This document shows positions 29,008-38,225 of a DNA stretch of 39,670 nt, one piece after another; the stretch's first letter is position 1, and the number at the start of each line of letters is the position of its first letter. The position numbers and the translations under genes were made by a program. Source of the stretch: a virus (lineage: Duplodnaviria > Caudoviricetes); IMG/VR virus record IMGVR_UViG_3300001868_000222, positions 1 to 39,670 of that record, one strand, 5' to 3'. Under the pieces are notes generated by a model. It searched no databases, had not been told where the DNA came from, and worked only from the letters and a program-made list of their open reading frames with translations.

Positions 29008-29249
29008 GTTACAAGTTGGTTACAAATTAGATTTTCACTTATAACCCTCTAATTATCAAAGGTTACAAATTAGGTTTTTTGGTTACAACTTGTAACCGGT
29101 TGTAACTTTCCCTCTTTTTGGCTCTTTTTTTCATGAGTAAAAAGTTACAAGTTTTAAAAGTTACAAATTCATTTTAAACTTGTAACTTATTTGTAACCTT
29201 GTATTTTATTGTTTTTCAATAGAATATATATAAAAGTTACAAGTTACAA
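29008..29249. repeat. GTTACAA iteron cluster, putative replication origin
   Basis: 12 exact copies (8 forward, 4 reverse) in 242 bp of AT-rich non-coding DNA. Confidence 0.75.
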
Positions 29250-29370
29250 GTTTTTTCACTAGCCAAGGGGTTGGGGGTTTTTTGGCAAAAGAGCCGAACT
29301 TCAAAAAAGGGGGAAAAGGTGTTGTGTTATAAAGTTCCGTCCGCTATCGCTTCCGGTTCTTTAAGGGCAT

Positions 29371-29403
29371 CAAAAAAGCCTCACGGCTTTACTGTGGGGC
29401 TTT
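29371..29403 (-). terminator. Intrinsic terminator ending the early operon
   Basis: aaagcctcacgg...ctgtggggcttt with T7 on minus strand. Confidence 0.65.
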
Positions 29404-29427
29404 AAAATAGAGATTGTAATTTATGTA

Positions 29428-29883
29428 TTAAGTAATCTTTTTACCGTATTTAAGCTCATATATGAGACTTGCAGCACTATCCTTATCTGTATGCGATTTA
29501 CCATATGAACAGAATGTCTTGATACCAGAATCAGAATCGAAAGCTGAAATAACTATCTCTGTATATCCAAACTCTCTTGCAATATCTTTTGCCACTGATC
29601 CAGGGATTAATTCGTGCTTTGTATTGGATATCTTTCGAAGTAATAAGTGACCTAAATTAACTTGTTTGAATTCATTCATGGTTAATTTATCCGTGACATT
29701 TGGCTTATACCATTCATATTCCGGTTTAAGATATTGAGAACATTTATATAGTTGTGAATGAGAAAACCTGCTACATCCTTTTGTTTTACAAGTAATGATT
29801 GACAAAGGAAGTCCTTCGTCTGTATCGATTGTTATAATCTCATGGCCATCTGAACATTTGTAGCTATTAATTTTCTTTTTCAT
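29428..29883 (-). CDS. Hypothetical protein (Cys-containing N-terminus)
   Basis: 151-aa ORF, co-oriented. Confidence 0.65.
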   Translation of the reverse strand: MKKKINSYKCSDGHEIITIDTDEGLPLSIITCKTKGCSRFSHSQLYKCSQYLKPEYEWYKPNVTDKLTMNEFKQVNLGHLLLRKISNTKHELIPGSVAKDIAREFGYTEIVISAFDSDSGIKTFCSYGKSHTDKDSAASLIYELKYGKKIT

Positions 29884-29925
29884 TATGGTTTGTCTTTATA
29901 ATTTCACAAAACTAAGAAATAATGG

Positions 29926-30213
29926 TTAAAATGGTAAATCTTGAATGATCATTCGTGCCTCTTCCTCAATTTGTTCTACTGTAACCGGAAAATCAGGTTC
30001 ATGAGAGGATATACGAGTTACAAATTCATATAAATCATTGTAGGAGGGTGAAGTGAAGTTATTATTGATCTTATATCTAAGTTTTGCGAATTCATCATGA
30101 GATAAGTGAAGAAATCTGTCATTTCCAAGATCTGATTCACCTTTAACCTCAATATTGAGATTTTCAAGCTCCCAAAATATGGATAGTTCTGTTATTTTCT
30201 TTTTTCTGGCCAT
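29926..30213 (-). CDS. Hypothetical acidic protein ending in DLPF
   Basis: 95-aa ORF, tight spacing. Confidence 0.7.
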   Translation of the reverse strand: MARKKKITELSIFWELENLNIEVKGESDLGNDRFLHLSHDEFAKLRYKINNNFTSPSYNDLYEFVTRISSHEPDFPVTVEQIEEEARMIIQDLPF

Positions 30214-30217
30214 GGCT

Positions 30218-30541
30218 TTAATTGGTTAAGAGTTTATGTTCTGATTTGATGTACAAGCAATTCATTTCTTCAAAGCCTTCCAGCTCACGTCTGAGGATGT
30301 ATTCATCGATGAAGAATGCATAATATAAAAACTGGGTATCATAGACGAGGAATGGCATATTCAGGCGAAGTGTGCCATTCTGAAAGAAGTCCTCTGCAGT
30401 GGCCGAGACCATTCCTTCTGGTAGGTTGAAATAGATATACTGCTTTTTGGTTGGACACTGGAATGGAACCTGCTTTTTGTGGGCCAGTACCATATCAAGG
30501 CATCCGTTTGAATTGCATGTAGGACATTTAGCTAGGTTCAT
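30218..30541 (-). CDS. Hypothetical protein, possible zinc-binding N-terminus
   Basis: CPTC...C...C; ATGA overlap. Confidence 0.65.
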   Translation of the reverse strand: MNLAKCPTCNSNGCLDMVLAHKKQVPFQCPTKKQYIYFNLPEGMVSATAEDFFQNGTLRLNMPFLVYDTQFLYYAFFIDEYILRRELEGFEEMNCLYIKSEHKLLTN

Positions 30542-30927
30542 GACTGGATGGTTTGTTTTGGTTTCCTGGTACGTGGTTTTGATGGCTTTTTGATCGCTTT
30601 CTTCTTGTCAATGGCATCATAGTAGGCAATAGTTTTTTGAATGGCTACAAGGCAGAGATTATCAATATATTCGCGTACTATGGAGGGTAGAGAAGATGTC
30701 TTCATTGAGATCTGAATGAATTCAACTTTAATAGATTCAGGATTGAGTAGTTTCTTCTCACTCAGATAGTCGTAAGGGCCTTTTTTTAGAGACGCTCCTT
30801 TACCCGATTCTCTTAATATTTTTTTACGGTTATCTTCAATCTCTATTAATCTTACTGAAATGAATTTAAGGAATTTATCATCATTGATTAGGTCCTTAAC
30901 AGTCTCAAACTTTTTGGTTGCTTTCAT
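30538..30927 (-). CDS. Hypothetical basic protein
   Basis: 129-aa ORF. Confidence 0.7.
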   Translation of the reverse strand: MKATKKFETVKDLINDDKFLKFISVRLIEIEDNRKKILRESGKGASLKKGPYDYLSEKKLLNPESIKVEFIQISMKTSSLPSIVREYIDNLCLVAIQKTIAYYDAIDKKKAIKKPSKPRTRKPKQTIQS

Positions 30928-30944
30928 GGATTGATTTGTGGTTA

Positions 30945-31274
30945 TTAATCGTTGAGGATTCTATAGTGAGTTGGTTCATTGTCCTGGACTGACCAGAAAC
31001 CTTCCTGAATGGTGTAATGGCCGGCAAAGTATCTTCGTCCTCCCTTTTCATTTTCATTTTTGAATAGAACGAGTTCATTTTTAAGGGGCTTTATAGAAAT
31101 TAGTATCCAGTCAGTATCGGGTTCTTGCGTTTTTGATTTATAGATTTTAGTTAAAGCATCGGTTCTTAGTAATTCAGATAATCCGATTAATTCAATGTTT
31201 GAGTATCCGGTCTGAGTTATATTTAATTTTCCGTTTATCTCAGTTACTGTTAGTATTTTAGTTTCTTTTTCCAT
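30945..31274 (-). CDS. Hypothetical protein (DUF551-like C-terminal pattern)
   Basis: WILISIKP...PTHY; weak. Confidence 0.6.
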   Translation of the reverse strand: MEKETKILTVTEINGKLNITQTGYSNIELIGLSELLRTDALTKIYKSKTQEPDTDWILISIKPLKNELVLFKNENEKGGRRYFAGHYTIQEGFWSVQDNEPTHYRILND

Positions 31275-31280
31275 GGTAAA

Positions 31281-31694
31281 CTATACTAATTGTTTGATTG
31301 AATCATAGGCTGCATTGATTTGCGGAATGTGGTTATCGTAATACTCGTCAAATGATCCTACTTCTACGAATATTTCATCTAATCTATGAGTGATCTGACC
31401 CATTAAGTTTATCCACACATCCGGTTTAACAACCTCTTTTGGTTCGTAAAGCATGATTAAGTGTGCATTTGAATTATAGTGATATACCATTGCCACGTAG
31501 GCAGTATATTTATTTTCTGCCTGAAGAGTATACTTTGAGCTCATAGCGCCATATTCATAGTTTACAAGTGGAATACATTTTGCATCTTTCACCCATAGAC
31601 ACGGCTCACAACTTTGATAGATATGATGTTTACTGGCTGAGCAGTATGGACACTCTTCGTTTTTACCTATTGAATTACAAATAACTTTTTCCAT
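31281..31694 (-). CDS. Hypothetical protein
   Basis: 137-aa ORF. Confidence 0.7.
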   Translation of the reverse strand: MEKVICNSIGKNEECPYCSASKHHIYQSCEPCLWVKDAKCIPLVNYEYGAMSSKYTLQAENKYTAYVAMVYHYNSNAHLIMLYEPKEVVKPDVWINLMGQITHRLDEIFVEVGSFDEYYDNHIPQINAAYDSIKQLV

Positions 31695-31704
31695 GGTTTT
31701 ATTA

Positions 31705-32181
31705 TTAATCGATTGAATATTGAACTGAATAATGATGTGTCTGCAGGAGCTTCAATAACTGGCCTGATTTGATCTTTTCTTCCTCATCGGGAGAGAGCGA
31801 AACAGTCTTATGCTGTGTGTTTACGCGAAGTTCTTTCTCACGGAGTCTGTGATGCAGATTATAGCGCTGTTTATCGATCCGGTTGGATTCTATCTTTTCT
31901 GATAACTCCTTCTCAATGGCCTGTACTTTAAGATTAAGGGATTTGTCCGTATCAATGAGATTCTTAGCGCGTTTAAGGTTGCTTAAAATCGTGGTATGGG
32001 ACTTCTTTTTGAAGTAATACTGAATCACCAGGCTTGACCATCCCAAATATCGTTGACACATGAGCATGGCAACGTTTCGGGGAGTTGCTACTTGCTGCCT
32101 GGTGGATATACCCATTATCCTTTGAGGAGTAATATTGAATTCCTTAGCAACAATTTTATTGATTTGAATCATAGTTAGCAT
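31705..32181 (-). CDS. DnaA C-terminal (domain IV) HTH-like protein
   Basis: VAKEFNIT...RQQVATPRNVAM...HTTIL; start MLTMIQ at 32181 follows the primase stop. Confidence 0.75.
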   Translation of the reverse strand: MLTMIQINKIVAKEFNITPQRIMGISTRQQVATPRNVAMLMCQRYLGWSSLVIQYYFKKKSHTTILSNLKRAKNLIDTDKSLNLKVQAIEKELSEKIESNRIDKQRYNLHHRLREKELRVNTQHKTVSLSPDEEEKIKSGQLLKLLQTHHYSVQYSID

Positions 32182-32182
32182 G

Positions 32183-35170
32183 TCAGAATGGGGCTTGATC
32201 TGGTGAAATGTTATCGAAATCTGTTGATATTGTATTCTGATTAGGTTGATCGTCCTGATTGGTATTGCGTGTAGAAATGTATACGCATTCGGTCGTGGTG
32301 CCATCTACCTTGCGCATGATGCGTTGGCTAACGGTATCGGTTTGAAACTGTGCAGGGTTGAATTCATAGTTGTAATAGTCGCAGAAGGCCATGAGGTGTT
32401 TCTTGAATTTCTCAATTTTATATTTACCGGCCTGTTCTTTGGTTAGGGAGTGTTCACAGAAATTCTTGAATGCATTTGCCTTAATGATGTAGCTGTTGAA
32501 ATATCCATTTTCATAAGGTGACACTTCGATACGGGTAGCCGGTTCCTGAGCAATAAAGTAATCACTGGCCCATTTGAAGAATTCTTCCTCGTTACCAAGT
32601 CCCTTGGCCATCTCAAGACGTAGTTGACGTTTCTCAAGGTTCATCATTGGAGGCTGGATCTTGAAAAAGCGTTGCTGCAGCTGGATGCAATATGCGATCA
32701 TGTTATAGAACTTGATCCATTCATCATCGGTGAAGTCGAGATACATTCTGCGACCAAACTTTGTCAGCGGTGACCGGCTTTCACGATAGTCATTGAATTT
32801 GCTCTTATCATGATAATAATCACTCACACCACAGTTTAAAAGACGCCTGACTGTTGAGTTATCCATGTTCATGAGCTCAAAGTTTGTGCTGATGAGCATC
32901 TTTCCGGAGTCCTTATAGTTAAGGGTGAATGCAGAGTAATTCTTTGGATTGATTTCACGGTTACCGGTGATCTGCGTATAGAAGAATCCAAAATCAGCGA
33001 ATTGATGCATGTCGTCAATCTCAATGAAGTCATGAAACTCAGTCATACCATCATAAAAGAACTGGTATTTACTCTTATCATTCAGGTCACGGCCACCCTT
33101 ATAAAAATTAGTGCGTGCAAATCCGATCGCCTTAGAGAGTAGGCTCTTTCCTGATCCACCTGAAGACTTTCCTACCTCACTTATTTTCATGTCCTGCAGG
33201 AGCGTTAACCAGGCTTTCCCTTCATCCTTATACTGTGCTGCATGATATCCAAGAACGAACATCAGGTTAGCCAGTGAGAGGTTTTCTTCTTTTTTCTCAT
33301 CCGGAGTGAGCTCTTTTTCCTGTTCGACTTCTTTACGCCAGTAGAGACGGGAAAGATCTTTAAGAAACTTGGCAAATATGAAGTCATCATTGATGGTTAC
33401 AGCGTATTTATCGACATCCTTAAATTGAGCTACAGTAGAGTTTATTGCTTCTTTTTCCTCATCTGTTTTGGCTGCTGACTGCTGATCAAGTAAAGCCTGG
33501 TACTCCGGTGTGGTGTTTACTTCAATGGCAGGTTTCTCCAGGATGCGAATATCACGATCAATCAGATGTGACATTTCCTTTCCGTTCACCTTAAGATATC
33601 CCAGAATATAGTTAGGAATGGCATCGTGACCAACGCGTTCAATCTTATCCTTGGTGACCTTCATGGATCCATTCCGAAAGTGGAGATATTCGGTATATTG
33701 ATCGTGGTTCTTGAAGTTGAGTTTTATCTCATCAATGCTCTCCACGTTTGACTCTGTGAGTTGGTTTGATGTGTTGATTTTATTGAGTAATTCAATGCCA
33801 TCCATCATGTTTTTAGACTTGATCCAGTCTTTGGTGAAGCGTTTCATCCGGCGTTTAATCTGTGCCGGTGGGATTAGCTCTACCGTCTTACCGTTGATCA
33901 GGCAGTAGCAATACTCATCACCTTTGAAGTACTTTGACTCGATCTGGTAGAAGCCATTTACCTTAAGGAAGAAGTAAAAGAACTCCATGTTTAGATTATA
34001 AGTGTAAGCGCCATCCTTTTCAGTCTTGGACCAGAACTTTACTCTCCTGGAATTGCGTTTTAGTACTTTAAAAGTATGCGTGGTTCCATCGGCATCATTA
34101 CCGCTCAGGTTGATGAAGTCCTTAAGGTCCTTACAAGGGTTGCCTCTGAAATCTTTTTTATATGCCAGCCATTGTGGTAGTTCAATTGAATAAAGAGAAA
34201 TATGCTTCAGTGCGTTCTTAACGGCCTGATCTCTTCCGGTGGCATCAAGATCCATGATTTGATAATGGTTCTCACACAAGTCATCTAGTAGCTTAAACTG
34301 TCGCCAATTGAAGTCTGCAGATTCAGAGTTGAGCCAGTAGACATGAAATCCAATAGAAGCAAGGTTTAGCGCATCTGACTCTCCGCTACAACGAAACAGA
34401 TCTACAACCCGGGCTTCCTGTTTCTCCTCCGGCAGATGAAGATCTCCGGTCTGCGTATCCACAAACTCATTATCGGCATGCTGGAGTTGCTCAAGACCAT
34501 AGATATATTCCTTTGGTTTTTCGCCAACATAAAGGAACCGGTTCTTTTTCTCCAGGTCATGAGGTTTATAGAGTTTCTTGAAGTTGCCATAATCAAACAG
34601 GAAAATGGGATAATCCTTTGTTGCTGTAAACTTGTGAACCACATCCCGGTTGAGCTTCTTTGAATTGCTGCAGTATTCGTATGATTCTACAGATTTGCAG
34701 TGGAAAAGGTCGAGCGTGTCTTCATTGACATATCGACCGATGGAAGCCAGATCGTCTGCTGATGGTTTATCCTTAAATGTGAAATTGTATTGCTTTTTCT
34801 TATCATCAGGACCCATCTCACGGAAGGAATAATCCGCAGCGAACTTGGATGCCTGAAACTTTGTTGCTTCAACCTCACGGCCTATAATGACCTGTTCGAT
34901 GTAGCGAAGGGCATCGTAATAGGGAAGGTTTTCGCGATAAACCACAAAGTCGATCGCTTTCATTCCGTTTACTTTATCCTGGGCTCCAAAGTCAGTGATG
35001 CGCCAGTGGTTTCCATGCCAGGTGACGCGTGCTGAAGCTGTTTTCTCATCAGGACGGATCTTGATAAATTTCTTTGGATTTCCAAACTCTTCACCAGGGA
35101 AAAAGTGTTGAAATATGGTCAACCCGTGTTCTGTTTCGTCGTAAATTTTCTGCTGATCTATATAGCGCAT
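32183..35170 (-). CDS. Primase-helicase (Toprim plus P-loop ATPase)
   Basis: SGESDAL and MDLDATG (Toprim E and DxD); GGSGKS Walker A; IEIDD Walker B. Confidence 0.8.
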   Translation of the reverse strand: MRYIDQQKIYDETEHGLTIFQHFFPGEEFGNPKKFIKIRPDEKTASARVTWHGNHWRITDFGAQDKVNGMKAIDFVVYRENLPYYDALRYIEQVIIGREVEATKFQASKFAADYSFREMGPDDKKKQYNFTFKDKPSADDLASIGRYVNEDTLDLFHCKSVESYEYCSNSKKLNRDVVHKFTATKDYPIFLFDYGNFKKLYKPHDLEKKNRFLYVGEKPKEYIYGLEQLQHADNEFVDTQTGDLHLPEEKQEARVVDLFRCSGESDALNLASIGFHVYWLNSESADFNWRQFKLLDDLCENHYQIMDLDATGRDQAVKNALKHISLYSIELPQWLAYKKDFRGNPCKDLKDFINLSGNDADGTTHTFKVLKRNSRRVKFWSKTEKDGAYTYNLNMEFFYFFLKVNGFYQIESKYFKGDEYCYCLINGKTVELIPPAQIKRRMKRFTKDWIKSKNMMDGIELLNKINTSNQLTESNVESIDEIKLNFKNHDQYTEYLHFRNGSMKVTKDKIERVGHDAIPNYILGYLKVNGKEMSHLIDRDIRILEKPAIEVNTTPEYQALLDQQSAAKTDEEKEAINSTVAQFKDVDKYAVTINDDFIFAKFLKDLSRLYWRKEVEQEKELTPDEKKEENLSLANLMFVLGYHAAQYKDEGKAWLTLLQDMKISEVGKSSGGSGKSLLSKAIGFARTNFYKGGRDLNDKSKYQFFYDGMTEFHDFIEIDDMHQFADFGFFYTQITGNREINPKNYSAFTLNYKDSGKMLISTNFELMNMDNSTVRRLLNCGVSDYYHDKSKFNDYRESRSPLTKFGRRMYLDFTDDEWIKFYNMIAYCIQLQQRFFKIQPPMMNLEKRQLRLEMAKGLGNEEEFFKWASDYFIAQEPATRIEVSPYENGYFNSYIIKANAFKNFCEHSLTKEQAGKYKIEKFKKHLMAFCDYYNYEFNPAQFQTDTVSQRIMRKVDGTTTECVYISTRNTNQDDQPNQNTISTDFDNISPDQAPF

Positions 35171-35190
35171 TATGATAGGTTGTGGCGGTT

Positions 35191-35490
35191 TTACTTCACT
35201 CTCAAGGCTTGACTTTGATCTGGTGTGAGCAGATAATACATTTTTCTAATGTGATTAATGACTATCTTGATATGTCGGCCTTCATCGGAAAAATGGCGTG
35301 TATTGAAATTAGGACTAAAACTACATCGAGCAGTAACATACCATATTTTATCCTCGATATGAATATATCCCAGGAGTGCAATCTGTTGGGAGTGAAGTTC
35401 ACTGAGCTGTTGAACTTCAGGTTCAGTAATTGGACAGATCTGATAATTATTATTGACAGTCATATCGTTATTACTTGGAAGTTTTGTCAT
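35191..35490 (-). CDS. Hypothetical protein
   Basis: 99-aa ORF in early operon. Confidence 0.6.
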   Translation of the reverse strand: MTKLPSNNDMTVNNNYQICPITEPEVQQLSELHSQQIALLGYIHIEDKIWYVTARCSFSPNFNTRHFSDEGRHIKIVINHIRKMYYLLTPDQSQALRVK

Positions 35491-35665
35491 TTTGTTTTTT
35501 CTTTTTTAGTTTCTTAATGATTTTTATTGCCGGTCTGGCATACAAGTATTTCCTTACATATTGTCCATAGTGGATGGTTATGAAATTATCAATGGCTTGC
35601 CAGGTACTTTCTCCTGATGCGCGGCCAACCTCGCTGCTATGGTAGAAAATCTTATAGGTTTTCAT
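35471..35665 (-). CDS. Hypothetical basic protein
   Basis: 64-aa ORF overlapping neighbours. Confidence 0.6.
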   Translation of the reverse strand: MKTYKIFYHSSEVGRASGESTWQAIDNFITIHYGQYVRKYLYARPAIKIIKKLKKKKQNDKTSK

Positions 35666-35933
35666 GGCCAGTATGTGATCCTTTTAGAGCAATTGCATCA
35701 GGTCGCTGTATTATCCTGACTCGTTCAGCACGACGATAAACCTCTTTCATAATGTTATTACGTAATGATATTCTATCCGTTAAGTAAGATTCATAATAAT
35801 GAAGTTGTGCTTCGGCATAGGTACCAGGTTCAATGGCTTTAATCTTTAATTTGATTGCGCGTATATCCCGGTTGATGGAAGAAAGTAAAACGGATAGTGC
35901 TCCGTAAGGGATGATTTGTAATATTATGTTCAT
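35652..35933 (-). CDS. Hypothetical protein
   Basis: 93-aa ORF. Confidence 0.6.
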   Translation of the reverse strand: MNIILQIIPYGALSVLLSSINRDIRAIKLKIKAIEPGTYAEAQLHYYESYLTDRISLRNNIMKEVYRRAERVRIIQRPDAIALKGSHTGHENL

Positions 35934-36109
35934 GATAATTGGGTGTTAATGGGTTGTGAGGGTTGATTGGCTTGAGCAATGTCATCGAAGCATTCCTTGC
36001 AAATAGGATCCTTATCTGGTAAGAGAATTAATTTTTCATTGCAAATTGTACACTTCACGACATGTGTCTGAGTCTCAATAATATTTAATTTGGAGTATTT
36101 TCGTTTCAT
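35930..36109 (-). CDS. Small zinc-ribbon protein (59 aa, not in ORF track)
   Basis: MKRKYSK...CTIC...CKEC...; ATGA overlap with next gene. Confidence 0.7.
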   Translation of the reverse strand: MKRKYSKLNIIETQTHVVKCTICNEKLILLPDKDPICKECFDDIAQANQPSQPINTQLS

Positions 36110-36131
36110 TGTGTATTGGTTTGTTAGGGAG

Positions 36132-36203
36132 TTGGGATAATAGGATTCGAACCTATAAGTTTCGGAAAGTTCCCTGTCAGGTTACCATTACCTGCATATC
36201 CCA
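36132..36203 (-). ncRNA. tRNA-like RNA with intact acceptor, D and T arms but non-canonical anticodon arm
   Basis: TGGGATA/TATCCCA, CAGG-TAATGGTAA-CCTG, ATAGG-TTCGAAT-CCTAT; 21-nt middle region gives no 5-bp stem with 7-nt loop. Confidence 0.75.
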
Positions 36204-36372
36204 GGGTTTGCCCGCTACTTTGCCGGGCTGGTCAGATTGGAAAATCAAATAGTAAATATTCAGGATCCGTTAATCATTTTAGAAAAGTTTACGAACAAAG
36301 TGACATATTAATGATCCTGCACTCGTGTGTTATCTACTATGGGGGTCTGATGGGGTTCATGTTGTGATTATT

Positions 36373-36621
36373 TTACCAAACTTTATTTATGCTTTCACAG
36401 ATAATGTTTACGTTGGGCCTTGGACCGCTTATAGTGATAATTAATGAATCGGGCCAGATTGTAGCTTTGGTTAATGCAATTATGGTTAATTCCAACTTAT
36501 TATTACAGCGGATATAGGCATTAAAAAACCTATGACAACTTTGCTCGGAATTGGGAATCTCAATCGTAATTTTGTCGAAATCCTGTGCAATTACTCTTGC
36601 TTTTAATGGTTTTTCTGCCAT
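36373..36621 (-). CDS. Hypothetical protein
   Basis: 82-aa ORF. Confidence 0.6.
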   Translation of the reverse strand: MAEKPLKARVIAQDFDKITIEIPNSEQSCHRFFNAYIRCNNKLELTIIALTKATIWPDSLIITISGPRPNVNIICESINKVW

Positions 36622-36623
36622 GA

Positions 36624-36854
36624 CTATTCGATTGACTCGTTAAGACTATTGATTGCTTCATCCAGGGAATCAATTGCATTTTCAAGATTATCTATTGCAG
36701 TTTGTGAATTCTCTGCCTTTTCAGATCCTTGAAGATTCTCTGGAATATTGTCATGATATTCTTCTTCATCTTCTTTTGTGAACTCAATACGTCCGCTAAG
36801 AGCTTCTATATCATTAATGAGCTCTTCGATTTCTTTTCTTCTGCTCTTATTCAT
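36624..36854 (-). CDS. Small acidic coiled-coil phage protein
   Basis: MNKSRRKEI...IPENLQGSE; heptad pattern. Confidence 0.75.
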   Translation of the reverse strand: MNKSRRKEIEELINDIEALSGRIEFTKEDEEEYHDNIPENLQGSEKAENSQTAIDNLENAIDSLDEAINSLNESIE

Positions 36855-36879
36855 GATTGCGTTGTTGTTTTTGAAGTTT

Positions 36880-36987
36880 TTAACATTGGTAAAAAATGGG
36901 AGTAAAAAAGGTGGTCAACATTCCGATTAAAGTGAATATCAGTGCCCTGAAATCAAGTAAGCAGTAAATTTTGTATAGAGTTTTCAT
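36880..36987 (-). CDS. Small hydrophobic peptide (35 aa, not in ORF track)
   Basis: MKTLYKIYCLLDFRALIFTLIGMLTTFFTPIFYQC; starts 4 nt after previous stop. Confidence 0.45.
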   Translation of the reverse strand: MKTLYKIYCLLDFRALIFTLIGMLTTFFTPIFYQC

Positions 36988-36991
36988 TTAA

Positions 36992-37366
36992 TTAGTATTC
37001 AGTGATTTTCTGAACTTTTACTTTTAAAGCCATGTGGCCATGAACACTTTTAAGTTCTCCAGGTATAGTTCCGTTTCCGGATAGCGTTACAATCAGATCT
37101 GCAGTACCGGCTATCTGGATATAGCGATTTAGTTCATCAACCACACTTCTTATCAATTCAGATACATCTACCTTCAATTTACCTGGTGTAAAATGTTCTA
37201 ATATTTGACTTTTGTATTCCTCACTACTCAATTCATCTTTAAACCTATTGAGATATTCTTGCTCAATAGATTTATTCAGATTGTCAATAATTGTAGCTGG
37301 ATTTTGAACCGGTTCACCTGCAGGTGGAGTAGTTAAATTGTCATCTGCGCTATAATTGTTCGTCAT
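36992..37366 (-). CDS. Hypothetical protein
   Basis: 124-aa ORF. Confidence 0.7.
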   Translation of the reverse strand: MTNNYSADDNLTTPPAGEPVQNPATIIDNLNKSIEQEYLNRFKDELSSEEYKSQILEHFTPGKLKVDVSELIRSVVDELNRYIQIAGTADLIVTLSGNGTIPGELKSVHGHMALKVKVQKITEY

Positions 37367-37537
37367 ACGTTTAATCTGAATTTGTCTACGTTAAGAAACT
37401 CAGAACTAAACTTGACCTTTATATACTTAGTTTTACTCATCATTGGTGATTGATTTAAAATTATTCCGTGAGACAGAAGATGTTTAAGCGATCTACAGTT
37501 TTAGAGGCTTTCCTTATGGAGAGCCTTTCTCATGTTT

Positions 37538-38200
37538 TTATACTGATGTAGATGAATTGATGAAATCCTGATCCCAAAGGCTCTTTTGAGCTGCAACTAC
37601 ATCTCTATCGATATCCTTTAGCAGTTTTCCAAGTCTCATTTCTTCTGCCTGCAGGCTGATCAGATCCATGTAATCCTTGTTTTCGTTCAGGATGTCTCTT
37701 TTTTCATCTATTCGGGATGACAGCTGTGCTTTTTCCTTCAGCAGGCTTTTACGGTTAAACATGGGTTCATACATGAAATCAAAGATCAAAGTCTGGTATT
37801 GAATAAACTTTGCACGTAACGGAGCGACAATGGTATTGGCATTGATGATCTGAATCCATCTCAGGAAGCCTGTTTTAGAAAGCAAAATCCTTCCGTTTTC
37901 ATCAATTTCCCCTAAATCTGGTGTGTTTTTTCCTACCAGTTTACTTGAAAAAGGCTCTTTTTTGACTAAATCTGTATGGTTTTTTCCGTACAGATTGCCA
38001 GAAATAATCCCTTTTTTGTCTGGTTTTTGCAAATCTGTATGGTTTTTTATCCACAGTTTTCCGAGAATTGGATCCTTTTGAATCTTTTCGTACTGATTTT
38101 GTACATGTAACTGGAATAGTTCACAGACAGGTTTAACCCAAATTAAATCATGTTCATAATTGATCGTCTGTTCAAACATTATTCTTGATAAAGCTTCCAT
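37538..38200 (-). CDS. Antirepressor-like protein (P22 AR N-terminal-type domain)
   Basis: IWVKPVCE...QNQYEKIQKDPIL...FLRWIQIINAN...FIQYQ. Confidence 0.7.
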   Translation of the reverse strand: MEALSRIMFEQTINYEHDLIWVKPVCELFQLHVQNQYEKIQKDPILGKLWIKNHTDLQKPDKKGIISGNLYGKNHTDLVKKEPFSSKLVGKNTPDLGEIDENGRILLSKTGFLRWIQIINANTIVAPLRAKFIQYQTLIFDFMYEPMFNRKSLLKEKAQLSSRIDEKRDILNENKDYMDLISLQAEEMRLGKLLKDIDRDVVAAQKSLWDQDFINSSTSV

Positions 38201-38225
38201 GGTTGTTATGTTTTATGTTGATTTA

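Noticed and set aside
29008-29249. CRISPR array
   Set aside because: 7-bp repeats, irregular spacing, both orientations, no cas genes
11073-35517. Numerous short antisense or nested ORFs in the track
   Set aside because: Shadows of long real genes with no recognisable motifs
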